NCBI GenBank assembly: GCA_963722125.1
Contig: CAVRJW010000005.1
Span: 1,075,206 to 1,139,205 of the forward strand
Direction: 5' to 3'
Source: an uncultured Alphaproteobacteria bacterium
GTDB taxonomy: Bacteria > Pseudomonadota > Alphaproteobacteria > Rhizobiales > Xanthobacteraceae
DNA length: 64,000 bases
The translations under genes were made by a program, and so were the position numbers. Position 1 is the first letter of the stretch. Each line of letters starts with the position of its first letter. Below, in pieces: positions 30,522-39,788 of this stretch. The notes below the pieces were generated by a model that did not search any database, was not told the DNA's origin, and saw nothing but the letters and a program-made list of their open reading frames with translations.

Positions 30522-32153
30522 TTATAAACGCTTTTGATCGTCCAATATCATCGCCGCTCCTTTTTCCGCAATCATCATGGTCGGCGAATTGGTGTTGCCG
30601 GACGTAATCGACGGCATAACGGACGCGTCGATGATACGCAGGCCATCGATTCCAATCACGCGCAGGCGTGCATCGACCACCGCCCGCGCATCATCATCGC
30701 GGCCCATGCGCGCAGTGCCAACAGGATGGAAAATCGTTGTGCCGATATCGCCAGCCGATCTCACGAGCCGGGCTTCGTCATCGTTGCGCACCTGCGTTCC
30801 AGGCAGATACTCGACCGGAGAGTATTTTTGCAGTGCCGGCTGGGCCACGATCTTGCGCGTGACACGGATTGAATCGGCAGCGACGCGCCGGTCTTCCGGC
30901 GTGGCAAGATAGTTCGGGCTGATCGCCGGCGGCTGCGAAGGATCTTTTGATTTAAGCGTCAGCGCGCCGCGGCTGGTTGGGCGCACGTTGGTGACGCTGG
31001 CCGTAAATGCGGGAAACGGATGCAACGGCTCACCGAACTTGTCGAGCGAGAGCGGCTGGACATGATATTGGATGTTGGCGCTGCTCTGCGAGGGGTCGGA
31101 CTTGGTAAAAGCGCCAAGCTGCGATGGCGCCATCGTCATCGGCCCGCGCCGGCGCAGGGCGTAGTTGAGGCCCATCCCGAGGCGGTTGAACAACGAAGCA
31201 TATGTCTCATTCAGGGTTTTCACGCCCGAGACCTTGAAGATCGTGCGCAGCTGCAAATGGTCGTGCAGATTGGCGCCGACACCGGGTTTGTCGAGCATGA
31301 CCGGAACGCCGAATTGCGACAACTGCGCCGCCGGCCCGATCCCCGAAAGCATCATGATATGCGGCGAGCCGACGGCGCCGGCAGAGAGGATCACCTCGCC
31401 ACGGCATCGCGCACTGCGCAGCGTGCCGTTTTGGCGCCAGCGCACGCCGGTCGCGCGCTTGCCGCTGAAGTCCAGTGCCTCGACGAGGCACCCGGTTTCG
31501 AGCTGAAGGTTTTTCCGAAACAGCACCGGCTTGAGAAATCCGCGCGCGGCCGACCAGCGGCGGCCGCGTTTCTGATTGACGTGAAAATAGCAAATCCCCT
31601 CGTTGTCGCCAGTATTGAAATCCTCGACCGTCGGAATGCCATACTGGTTCGCTGCAGCACGGAACGCGTCAAGAATTTCCCAAGTCAGGCGCGGATACTC
31701 GACCCGCCATTCGCCGCCGGCTGCATGGTGTTCGGTTTTTAGAAAATGGTCGACGTGCTTGCGAAAATACGGCCGCACGTCGTCCCACGACCAGCCGGGC
31801 AGGCCGAGCTGGCGCCAGTGATCGTAGTCGCCGGCCTGGCCGAGCATGTAAATCATGCCGTTGATGGCCGAGGAGCCGCCAATTACTTTACCGCGCGGGT
31901 AATTCAGGCTGCGGCCATTGAGACCCGGCTCCGGCTCGGTTTTGAGGAGCCAATCGGCGCGTGGATTTCCGATTGCAAACAAATAACCGACCGGAACGTG
32001 AAACCAGATCCAGTTGTCCTTCCCACCCGCCTCCAGCAGCAGCACGCGTTTTGAGGAATCCGCCGACAACCGGTTGGCCAATACACACCCCGCCGAGCCA
32101 GCGCCCACGATGATGTAATCGAACTCACCTTCGATGGGTGTTGCGACTGCCAT
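30522..32153 (-). CDS. GMC-family FAD oxidoreductase (choline dehydrogenase-like)
   Basis: FDYIIVGAGSAGCVLANRLS, GGSSAINGM, and C-terminal HPVGTARMG...VIDASVMP. Confidence 0.88.
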   Translation of the reverse strand: MAVATPIEGEFDYIIVGAGSAGCVLANRLSADSSKRVLLLEAGGKDNWIWFHVPVGYLFAIGNPRADWLLKTEPEPGLNGRSLNYPRGKVIGGSSAINGMIYMLGQAGDYDHWRQLGLPGWSWDDVRPYFRKHVDHFLKTEHHAAGGEWRVEYPRLTWEILDAFRAAANQYGIPTVEDFNTGDNEGICYFHVNQKRGRRWSAARGFLKPVLFRKNLQLETGCLVEALDFSGKRATGVRWRQNGTLRSARCRGEVILSAGAVGSPHIMMLSGIGPAAQLSQFGVPVMLDKPGVGANLHDHLQLRTIFKVSGVKTLNETYASLFNRLGMGLNYALRRRGPMTMAPSQLGAFTKSDPSQSSANIQYHVQPLSLDKFGEPLHPFPAFTASVTNVRPTSRGALTLKSKDPSQPPAISPNYLATPEDRRVAADSIRVTRKIVAQPALQKYSPVEYLPGTQVRNDDEARLVRSAGDIGTTIFHPVGTARMGRDDDARAVVDARLRVIGIDGLRIIDASVMPSITSGNTNSPTMMIAEKGAAMILDDQKRL

Positions 32154-32294
32154 TGCGTTTCCCTGCCATTCTGGAGGCAGACTTTACCCCGGTCCGCAGG
32201 ACTTGCTAGGCTCATCAACTTGCAGCGCGCTGTGCGCGCGCGGCATGCACCGGAACGGCGGTTCCGACCGAACATTCAGGCTTTTGCCCAAAGT

Positions 32295-32310
32295 GGCGCC
32301 ATTTGGCGCC
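32295..32310. promoter_or_regulatory. Perfect 16-nt palindrome ggcgcca-tt-tggcgcc just upstream of the modA ribosome-binding site
   Basis: 7+7 inverted repeat with a 2-nt spacer. It ends 15 nt upstream of the modA ATG (32325) and directly abuts the AGGAG at 32313-32317. Whether it functions as an operator is unknown. Confidence 0.2.
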
Positions 32311-32324
32311 GCAGGAGAACCGCC

Positions 32325-33110
32325 ATGACCGCACGGCTTTTCGTCTTAGTTGGCTTTATCACCGCACTCGCCGGCACGTCGCAACCGCTGATCGCACAAG
32401 AGCAGATTACGATATTCGCAGCCGCATCTTTGAAAAACGCGCTCGATGAAACCAACGCGGCCTTCACCAAGACGACTGGTACGAAGGTTGTCGCGAGTTA
32501 TGAGGCAAGTTCCGCACTGGCCAAACAAATCGAGCAAGGCGCACCGGCCGATGTTTTCATTTCGGCCGACCTGCGTTGGATGGATTACGCGGCCGAGCAC
32601 AAGATGATCAAGCCCGACACCCGCATCAACCTCCTTGGCAATAAACTGGTGCTGATCGCCCCTGCAGATTCGAAAATCGACCACATTGCGATCGACCAGG
32701 GTTTCGACCTTGCCAAACTTGCGGGCGACGCCCGCATCGCAGTTGCCGACGTGAAGGCCGTACCCGCCGGACTTTACGCTAAGGCGGCGCTTGAAAAGCT
32801 CGGTGCGTGGGCTGCAGCCGAGCCAAAGCTCGCCCAGGCTGAAAACGTTCGTGCAACGCTCGCGTTCGTCGCTCGCGGCGAGACGCCAATTGGTATCGTC
32901 TACGAGACCGACGCCAAGGTTGAGCCGAAGGTGAAAATTATCGGCACATTCCCTGACGGCTCTTATCCGCCTGTCACATATCCGGTTGCGGCAACCACCG
33001 ACACCAAGAAAGCAAACGTTGCGCAATACCTCGGTTTCTTGCGCTCGAGTGCGGCCAAGGCGATCTTTGAAAAATACGGCTTCAGCTTCCTGCTTAAGCC
33101 GGTTTCATAG
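32325..33110 (+). CDS. modA: Molybdate ABC transporter substrate-binding protein
   Basis: Signal peptide, then ITIFAAASLKNALDE...VFISADLRWMDY. modB and modC follow. Confidence 0.88.
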   Translation: MTARLFVLVGFITALAGTSQPLIAQEQITIFAAASLKNALDETNAAFTKTTGTKVVASYEASSALAKQIEQGAPADVFISADLRWMDYAAEHKMIKPDTRINLLGNKLVLIAPADSKIDHIAIDQGFDLAKLAGDARIAVADVKAVPAGLYAKAALEKLGAWAAAEPKLAQAENVRATLAFVARGETPIGIVYETDAKVEPKVKIIGTFPDGSYPPVTYPVAATTDTKKANVAQYLGFLRSSAAKAIFEKYGFSFLLKPVS

Positions 33111-33125
33111 GCGGTATTAAGAGTC

Positions 33126-33821
33126 GTGTTCGAGTTGTCTGCCCAGGATTGGACCGCGGTCCAGCTGTCGCTTCGGGTCGCGGCGGTGTCGACGCTGGTC
33201 GCGTTGCCATTCGGCATCGCAATCGCGACGTTGCTGGCCCGCAGGGATTTCTGGGGCAAGGCACTCCTGGACGGCCTTGTGCTCTTGCCACTGGTCCTGC
33301 CGCCAGTGGTGACAGGCTATCTGCTGCTCATCACCTTTGGCCGACGGGCGCCGGTCGGAGCCTTTCTCGCCGACCATTTCGGCATCGTATTCTCGTTTCG
33401 GTGGACGGGTGCAGCGCTCGCCTGCGGTGTGATGGCTTTCCCTCTGATGGTACGCGCTATCCGCCTCTCAATCGAAGCGATCGACACACGGCTGGAAGAT
33501 GCTGCAGCCACGCTCGGTGCCAACCCGATCTGGACGTTTGCAACCGTTACGCTACCACTTGCGCTGCCCGGCATCATCGCCGGCGCGATTCTGGCGTTTG
33601 CCCGCGCGCTCGGTGAGTTCGGCGCGACGATCACGTTCGTTTCTAATATTCCCGGCGAGACGCAGACGATTTCGGCGGCGATCTACACGTTGACACAGGT
33701 GCCGAACGGCGATGCGGACGCCATGAGGCTCGTGATCGTCGCCGTCGTCATCTCGCTCGGTGCACTTATGATATCGGAATGGCTGGCACGGCGTGCGACG
33801 GCGCGTCTGCACGGCGCATGA
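33126..33821 (+). CDS. modB: Molybdate ABC transporter permease
   Basis: 231 aa with an EAA-loop region (LEDAAATLGA...ALPGIIAG). Typical ModB length. Confidence 0.9.
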   Translation: MFELSAQDWTAVQLSLRVAAVSTLVALPFGIAIATLLARRDFWGKALLDGLVLLPLVLPPVVTGYLLLITFGRRAPVGAFLADHFGIVFSFRWTGAALACGVMAFPLMVRAIRLSIEAIDTRLEDAAATLGANPIWTFATVTLPLALPGIIAGAILAFARALGEFGATITFVSNIPGETQTISAAIYTLTQVPNGDADAMRLVIVAVVISLGALMISEWLARRATARLHGA

Positions 33822-33854
33822 CAGCAACCATGCGCCAACGTAAAAGAGACTGAT

Positions 33855-34541
33855 ATGTTGTCGGTTGATATTGAAAAGCAGCTCGGCGATTTTACGCTCA
33901 ATGCGGCGTTCGACGCGGAAGGCGGCGCAACAGCCCTTTTTGGCGCATCCGGCGCCGGCAAAACCAGTATCATCAACATGATCGCCGGTCTTCTTGCTCC
34001 TGACCGGGGACGAATCGCGCTCGACGATGAAATTTTGTTCGATCGGAAAGCACACATCAATCATCCGGCTTGGCGGCGGCACATCGGCTATGTCTTTCAG
34101 GAGGGCCGCCTCTTCCCGCACCTATCGGTGAAACGTAATCTCGATTTTGGCCGCTGGATGAGTGGACGGACGTCGGATGCCAAGGCCTTCGCGCACGTGG
34201 TCGAGCTGCTCGACATCGGCCGCTTGCTTGATCGCCGGCCAGGCAAGCTCTCGGGCGGCGAACGCCAACGCGTCGCTGTCGGGCGCGCCCTGCTGATGCG
34301 CCCGCGCCTCCTGCTGCTGGACGAGCCACTCGCGTCACTTGATGCCGCGCGCAAACGGGACATTTTGCCCTATCTGGAGCGCCTGCGTGACGAGGCACAT
34401 GTGCCTATCATCTACGTCAGTCATGACGCTTCCGAAGTGAAGCGCATTGCTAGCCGTGTGGTGTGGCTCAGTGCCGGAAAGGTCGTGAAGACGGGCGGAC
34501 CCGCGCTGCTCGACGCAGCACAGGCGGATATGCTTGCTTAA
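33855..34541 (+). CDS. modC: Molybdate ABC transporter ATP-binding protein (short form without TOBE domain)
   Basis: Walker A GASGAGKTS, signature LSGGERQRV and Walker B LLLLDEP. It is 228 aa, so there is no C-terminal molybdate-sensing domain. Confidence 0.85.
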   Translation: MLSVDIEKQLGDFTLNAAFDAEGGATALFGASGAGKTSIINMIAGLLAPDRGRIALDDEILFDRKAHINHPAWRRHIGYVFQEGRLFPHLSVKRNLDFGRWMSGRTSDAKAFAHVVELLDIGRLLDRRPGKLSGGERQRVAVGRALLMRPRLLLLDEPLASLDAARKRDILPYLERLRDEAHVPIIYVSHDASEVKRIASRVVWLSAGKVVKTGGPALLDAAQADMLA

Positions 34542-34544
34542 GGG

Positions 34545-35342
34545 ATGTTTCCCCCTGAGCGAATCGTTTGCCTGACTGAAGAAACCGTCGAGACACTTTA
34601 TCTTCTCGGCGAGGATCGCCGAATTGTCGGCGTCTCTGGTTATGCGGTGCGGCCGCCGCAAGTTCGGCGCGAGAAGCCACGGGTATCAGCCTTCATCTCC
34701 GCCGACGTGCCTAAAATTCTCGCGCTCAAGCCAGATCTGGTTCTTACTTTTTCCGATTTACAGGCCGACATCGTCGCGGACCTCATACGGAATAACATTG
34801 CCGTTTACGCCTTCAATCAGCGCGACGTCGCCGGGATCCTGGATATGATCCGGACGCTCGGTGCGCTGGTGGGCGTCGCGGACAAAGCCGCAGCATTGGC
34901 GGATTCGCTGGCTGCACACATCGATAAGGTGCACGTGGGCGCGTTACAGCTGCCGCGCCGGCCGCGCGTCTATTTCGAGGAATGGGATGAACCGATGATT
35001 TCCGGCATCGCCTGGGTGTCGGAATTGATCGCCGCGGCGGGCGGTATTGAAGTGTTCCCACAGCTTGCCGTGCGCAAGAATGCAAAGGACCGCATCGTGT
35101 CGACGAGTGAAGTCATTGCGGCGAGTCCGGACATTATTGTTGGATCCTGGTGCGGCAAAAAATTTGTGCCGGCCAAAGTTGCTGCGCGTCCCGGCTTCTC
35201 CAAGGTGCCGGCAGTTGCCAGCGGCTGGTTGCGTGAAATCAAATCCACATTGATTCTTCAGCCCGGCCCCGCCGCCCTTACCGATGGGCTCGACCAGCTC
35301 GCGGGAATTATCTCGGAATGGGTTGAAAAGCGCGCAAGCTAG
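34545..35342 (+). CDS. Class III periplasmic-binding-protein fold (BtuF/cobalamin- or metal-chelate-binding-like) protein lacking a signal peptide
   Basis: RIVCLTEETVETLYLLGEDRRIVGVSGY...LKPDLVLTF...IIVGSWCG resembles Peripla_BP_2. The N-terminus MFPPERIV has no hydrophobic leader. It starts 4 nt after the modC stop. Confidence 0.7.
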   Translation: MFPPERIVCLTEETVETLYLLGEDRRIVGVSGYAVRPPQVRREKPRVSAFISADVPKILALKPDLVLTFSDLQADIVADLIRNNIAVYAFNQRDVAGILDMIRTLGALVGVADKAAALADSLAAHIDKVHVGALQLPRRPRVYFEEWDEPMISGIAWVSELIAAAGGIEVFPQLAVRKNAKDRIVSTSEVIAASPDIIVGSWCGKKFVPAKVAARPGFSKVPAVASGWLREIKSTLILQPGPAALTDGLDQLAGIISEWVEKRAS

Positions 35343-35433
35343 GCCCATGAATGCAGAGCAGTTCGGACCGGTAGGAAATCCGGGCCGGGTTGTGCTATGA
35401 ACCGCGAAACGCAATGCACAGGACCTGACAGCA

Positions 35434-35979
35434 ATGCAGCCAAACAAGACCCGCGCCGACCTCTGGATGGACCTGCTGCTGGTGGCGTTTCTGATCGGTT
35501 TCGACGTCGCCGCTCGCCTGCTCCCGCATGCGTCGGGCGTTTGGCCGTTTGCGGCGAGTGCGCTGTTTGCCGGGCGGATGCTGCGAATCCCGGCGCTGGC
35601 TGTGGTTGTGCCACTCGTTGCGGTGCTGCTGAGCAACGTGGCGCTCGCCGGCGACGACTGGCGCGTTACGCTGGTGGTTTGCGCTGCGATCACGCTACCC
35701 GCATTCGGAGGCATGCTGGCGCGGCGTTGGCAGGGCGCAATCCCGGTGATAGCGGCAATGGTTTCCTGCTCGTTGATATTCTTCGCCGCTACGAATTTCG
35801 CGGTCTGGGCCTTCAGCGGTCTGTATCCGTTGACTTGGCAGGGCCTGGCGCAATGCTATGCGGCTGCGCTTCCGTTCCTGGACAAGACCGTGCTCGGCGA
35901 CCTGTTCTGGACCGCGGTGCTGTTTGGCGGCGCTTGGCTGGTGCAACGCGTCCCGGCTTTTTCGCGGCGCACGGCCTAG
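35434..35979 (+). CDS. Small polytopic membrane protein (DUF6580-like putative transporter component)
   Basis: 181 aa with about five hydrophobic helices. The N-terminal pattern (AARLLPHASGVWPFAASALFAG) resembles DUF6580 as I recall it. Confidence 0.55.
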   Translation: MQPNKTRADLWMDLLLVAFLIGFDVAARLLPHASGVWPFAASALFAGRMLRIPALAVVVPLVAVLLSNVALAGDDWRVTLVVCAAITLPAFGGMLARRWQGAIPVIAAMVSCSLIFFAATNFAVWAFSGLYPLTWQGLAQCYAAALPFLDKTVLGDLFWTAVLFGGAWLVQRVPAFSRRTA

Positions 35980-37754
35980 CTAAAATATTTCCGGATACGC
36001 TTCCAAAGCGTTTCGGCGTGACCAATGAGATCGGTCGACGCCTCCGGCTCGGCCAGTCTTAGGCCGACCGTGATCGCGCGACCGCTTTCGACCTTGTGTG
36101 CCAGCAGCGCGATCGGTCCCAACTCGACAACATCTCCGAGCTTGACCCGACGCCGAAGCTGTTCGCTGAAATAGTCTGCGAGGCTCACTTCGGTGTGGTC
36201 GGCGGCGACCTGCAGCCCGTAGATGTCAGCAAGCGCGCCGAGCGTTGCAGTCGCCGGCACAAAAAAGTCGCCGAGCAATGCCGGGTCCGGCGCCGTCGGC
36301 GGCGGCATTTTGACGAAGAAACGGTCGAGCGCCTGCGCTTTTTCGGGTGGCGCCAGAAGATAGACATAGTCACCTTCGCGCACCGGATGCGCCTCCGATG
36401 GCGTGAGAATTTCCTCTTTGCGAATGACCAATGTGGGGCGTGCCCAATTCGGAATGAGACCGCGCCGAAGGAATGGACTATTGGCGGGAACCGGATATCC
36501 AACGATCTCGCGGGCTAATTGTCCGGGCAGATCAAGTTCGACGCGGCGCGGGAGCGGATCGGCCCGCGCGAATGAAATATCGAGTTTGCGGGCAGCCAAT
36601 GCCACGGTCCATCCCTGTATCAGCAGAGACGACAGCACCACCACGAAGGCGACGTCGAAATAGAGATACGCTCCCGGCAACCCGACGAGCAGGGGGATCG
36701 AGGCGAGGAAAATCCCGACCGCGCCGCGCAACCCGACCCACGAAATGAACAGCATTTCTCGCCATTGAAACTTGAACGGCGCAAGACACAAGAATACGGC
36801 CGCGGGCCGCGCAAGCAGCATCAACACGAGTGCCACCGACACCGAGCCATACAGACTATCGGCGAGCCGATGCGGCCACGCCAACAGACCGAGAAGCACA
36901 AACATGACGATTTGCGCCAGCCAGGTGACGGCATCAAGAAAGACGACAACGGAATTATGCGCACGCGTTTGCTTATTGCCGACCACCAGACCGGCGAGGT
37001 ACACGGCAAGAAATCCCGAGGAGTGCACCGCATTCGCAAAAGCAAAAACGACCAGTGCGCTGACCGCGACAAACGGTGCATGCAGACCCTGCGCCAGCAC
37101 AAGCCAATTCAGCACGAAAGTGATGATCTGGCCGCCAACATAGCCGATCACGCAGCCCAAAATCGCGTCGCGCAAAAAGGTCGCGAGGGCATGCGACCAG
37201 CTCTGGTCGCCGCGCAGCAGCACTTCGACCAGAAGTAGCGCGAGGAAAATAGCGAAGGGATCGTTCGTTCCGGATTCCACCTCCAATACGCCACGCACGC
37301 GCGGGCGCAGGCGAAGGCCGCGCGCATTAATCAGGAAAAACACGGCCGCGGCATCGGTCGAGGCGACAACCGCCCCGATCAACAGCGCCTGCATCCAGCC
37401 AAGCCCGAGCACAAATTTTGCGACCGGCGCGGTGAGCAGCGCCGTGATCAACACACCCACGGTGGCCAGCGTGACCGAGGGAGCCAGAACATTGCGGAAA
37501 CTCGCGAAGCGCGTGCGCAAGCCGCCATCGAACAATATCAACGCCAACGCGATCGAACCCACCATATAGGCGGTGCCGACATCATCAAACTTTATGCCGC
37601 CCGGGCCGCCCTCTCCGGCCATCATGCCGACGAGGAGGAACACCAGCAGCAGCGGCGCTCCGAAGCGCAATGCGATCAGGCTGGACAAAATGCCGGCGAG
37701 AACCAACAAGCTGCCGAGCAAAATGGCGAGACTGACACTGTCAAGCGAGGCCAT
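35976..37754 (-). CDS. K+/H+ antiporter (CPA1, NhaP2/CvrA-like) with C-terminal TrkA-C-type domain
   Basis: 592 aa: an N-terminal exchanger domain (LFDGGLRT, VASTDAAAVF) plus a soluble C-terminal regulatory domain. Confidence 0.85.
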   Translation of the reverse strand: MASLDSVSLAILLGSLLVLAGILSSLIALRFGAPLLLVFLLVGMMAGEGGPGGIKFDDVGTAYMVGSIALALILFDGGLRTRFASFRNVLAPSVTLATVGVLITALLTAPVAKFVLGLGWMQALLIGAVVASTDAAAVFFLINARGLRLRPRVRGVLEVESGTNDPFAIFLALLLVEVLLRGDQSWSHALATFLRDAILGCVIGYVGGQIITFVLNWLVLAQGLHAPFVAVSALVVFAFANAVHSSGFLAVYLAGLVVGNKQTRAHNSVVVFLDAVTWLAQIVMFVLLGLLAWPHRLADSLYGSVSVALVLMLLARPAAVFLCLAPFKFQWREMLFISWVGLRGAVGIFLASIPLLVGLPGAYLYFDVAFVVVLSSLLIQGWTVALAARKLDISFARADPLPRRVELDLPGQLAREIVGYPVPANSPFLRRGLIPNWARPTLVIRKEEILTPSEAHPVREGDYVYLLAPPEKAQALDRFFVKMPPPTAPDPALLGDFFVPATATLGALADIYGLQVAADHTEVSLADYFSEQLRRRVKLGDVVELGPIALLAHKVESGRAITVGLRLAEPEASTDLIGHAETLWKRIRKYFS

Positions 37755-37832
37755 CGCGCGAATCTCCTTCCGCTATAGGAAGGTTTCGCGCGGGCAAGAG
37801 CAACGGGAACGTTGCCGCGTCTCAGCAGACCG

Positions 37833-38768
37833 TCAAAAAGCCACCTTATCGCCGCCCTTGAGTGAGAGGATTTCCCGCGCCTCATCGGCGCCCGCAATCT
37901 CTAGCCCGAGCCCCTCGAGAATTTTGCGGACATTGGTGACTTGCTGAGCATTCGACTCGGCCAGTTTACCGGCGCCAATCCAGAGCGAATCCTCCATACC
38001 GACCCGCACATTGCCGCCCATCGACGCCGCCATTGCCGCCACGCGCATCTGGTTGGCGCCTGCGCCTAATACCGACCAATGATAGTTGTCGCCCAGCAAT
38101 CGATCGGCCGTGCGCTTCATCATGATGATATCTTCCGGGTGCGCGCCGATGCCGCCGAGAATACCGAAGACCGACTGCACAAATAGCGGCGGCTTTACCA
38201 GGCCGCGGTCGAGGAAATGCCGCAGCGTATAGAGGTGGCCGATATCGTAGCACTCGATCTCAAAGCGAGTGCCATTTCCGGCACAGGTACTCAGGATGTA
38301 CTCGATGTCGGCAAACGTGTTCTTGAACATTCCGGCGCGCGACCGTTCCAGATAGGGCTCCTCCCAATCGTGTTTGAACTTGCCCTTGTAGCGCGGGATC
38401 ATCGGATAAAGTCCGAAGTTCATCGTCCCCATGTTGAGTGAAGCGACCTCGGGCTTGAACGTGGCGGCCGGGCGAACCCGCTCTTCGGCCGTCATTGTCG
38501 GAGCCCCGCCGGTGGTGATGTTCACGACGACATTGGAGCGTTGCTTGATCACCTTAAGGAACGGCGCAAAGGCTTCCGGCGTCTGGTCGGGACGGCCGTC
38601 CTGCGGGTTGCGTGCATGGAGGTGAACGATGGCCGCGCCCGCCTCCGCCGCCCCGATGGCGGCATCGGCGATCTCCTGCGATGTCACCGGCAAATGGGGC
38701 GACATCGACGGCGTGTGGATCGATCCCGTAACGGCACAAGTAATGATGACTTTCCGCGACTTCGCCAT
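37833..38768 (-). CDS. 3-keto-5-aminohexanoate cleavage enzyme family (BKACE/DUF849)
   Basis: VIITCAVTGSIHTPSMSPHLP...IVHLHARNP...VVNITTGG is the typical BKACE signature. Confidence 0.85.
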   Translation of the reverse strand: MAKSRKVIITCAVTGSIHTPSMSPHLPVTSQEIADAAIGAAEAGAAIVHLHARNPQDGRPDQTPEAFAPFLKVIKQRSNVVVNITTGGAPTMTAEERVRPAATFKPEVASLNMGTMNFGLYPMIPRYKGKFKHDWEEPYLERSRAGMFKNTFADIEYILSTCAGNGTRFEIECYDIGHLYTLRHFLDRGLVKPPLFVQSVFGILGGIGAHPEDIIMMKRTADRLLGDNYHWSVLGAGANQMRVAAMAASMGGNVRVGMEDSLWIGAGKLAESNAQQVTNVRKILEGLGLEIAGADEAREILSLKGGDKVAF

Positions 38769-38884
38769 GAGCTTTCCATCCCGATGAAGTGAGTGTTGTT
38801 GATTGGCAAATGGACTTCTTGGGCGATCCTAGAGTATCAGCCGTACCGAAGTCACGTGCTCGCCTTTTAAACCTTCTGGAGACC

Positions 38885-39781
38885 ATGGCCGCACCCGAGA
38901 AAGGGCATAGACCGACAATGATCGTCGGCATCGTGTGCGGCACGCTCGCAGCCCTGGCATGGGCCGCGGGCTTTGTCGTCGCAAAGCACGGAATCCAGAT
39001 CGGCTTTTCACCCGCCGATCTCGCGTTTCACCGCTTTTTCTGGTCCAGCTTATTGATGCTGCCGTGGATCGTTCGCGGCGGACTGCGCGACCTCAGCGGC
39101 ATCGGCTGGGGACGTGGGTCGGTGATGACCATCCTGTCGGGGCCGCCACAGTCGGTACTCGCCTATAGCGGCTTTATTCTGGTGCCGCTCGGCCATGGCA
39201 CCACGATTCAACCTGCGTGCGCGGCGCTGTCGGGACTTATCCTTGCCTCGCTCGTGCTCCACGAAAAAGCGACGCTTCAACGCTTTGTCGGCGGCGCGAT
39301 CATCATTGCCGGCCTGTTTATGTTTGGCGCTGAATTGCTTGCGACAATCGGGAACTCCGGTGTCGGGGGCGACCTCTTGTTTGCCACTGCAGGATTGTTC
39401 TGGGCGACATTTGGCACGCTTCTACGGCTTTGGAACGTGCCGGGCACACGAGCGGTAATGGCCGTGGGCGCCGTCTCGCTGATCGTGCTCGCGCCGATTT
39501 ATTTTTCCATATACGGCATTAGCGGACTGACGCAGCAAAGCTTGCTCGAGAATCTTTTACAGGCGGTCGTGCAAGGTGGGCTTGCCGGATCGTTGCCAAT
39601 TTATCTGTTCGCCCACGCAGTCATTGCGCTGGGCGGTGGGCGCGCGGCAACATTTCCCGCTTTGGTGCCGGTGTTCGGCGTGATTATCGGTTATCTGGCA
39701 CTTGGCGTGGTGCCGAGCCTGGCGCAGTTCGCAGGCATGTTAATCGTTCTTGTGGGCTTCCAATTCGCACTGCGTCGCTAA
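38885..39781 (+). CDS. DMT/EamA-family transporter
   Basis: Ten predicted hydrophobic helices with two EamA-like halves. The start is taken at the ATG at 38885; the ORF is open from 38789. Confidence 0.75.
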   Translation: MAAPEKGHRPTMIVGIVCGTLAALAWAAGFVVAKHGIQIGFSPADLAFHRFFWSSLLMLPWIVRGGLRDLSGIGWGRGSVMTILSGPPQSVLAYSGFILVPLGHGTTIQPACAALSGLILASLVLHEKATLQRFVGGAIIIAGLFMFGAELLATIGNSGVGGDLLFATAGLFWATFGTLLRLWNVPGTRAVMAVGAVSLIVLAPIYFSIYGISGLTQQSLLENLLQAVVQGGLAGSLPIYLFAHAVIALGGGRAATFPALVPVFGVIIGYLALGVVPSLAQFAGMLIVLVGFQFALRR

Positions 39782-39788
39782 ATCACGT

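Noticed and set aside
32154-32324. A possible molybdenum-cofactor riboswitch or ModE box upstream of modA.
   Set aside because: I recognised neither the Moco-motif conserved segments nor an AT-rich ModE-type inverted repeat. Only the GC-rich palindrome reported separately is present.
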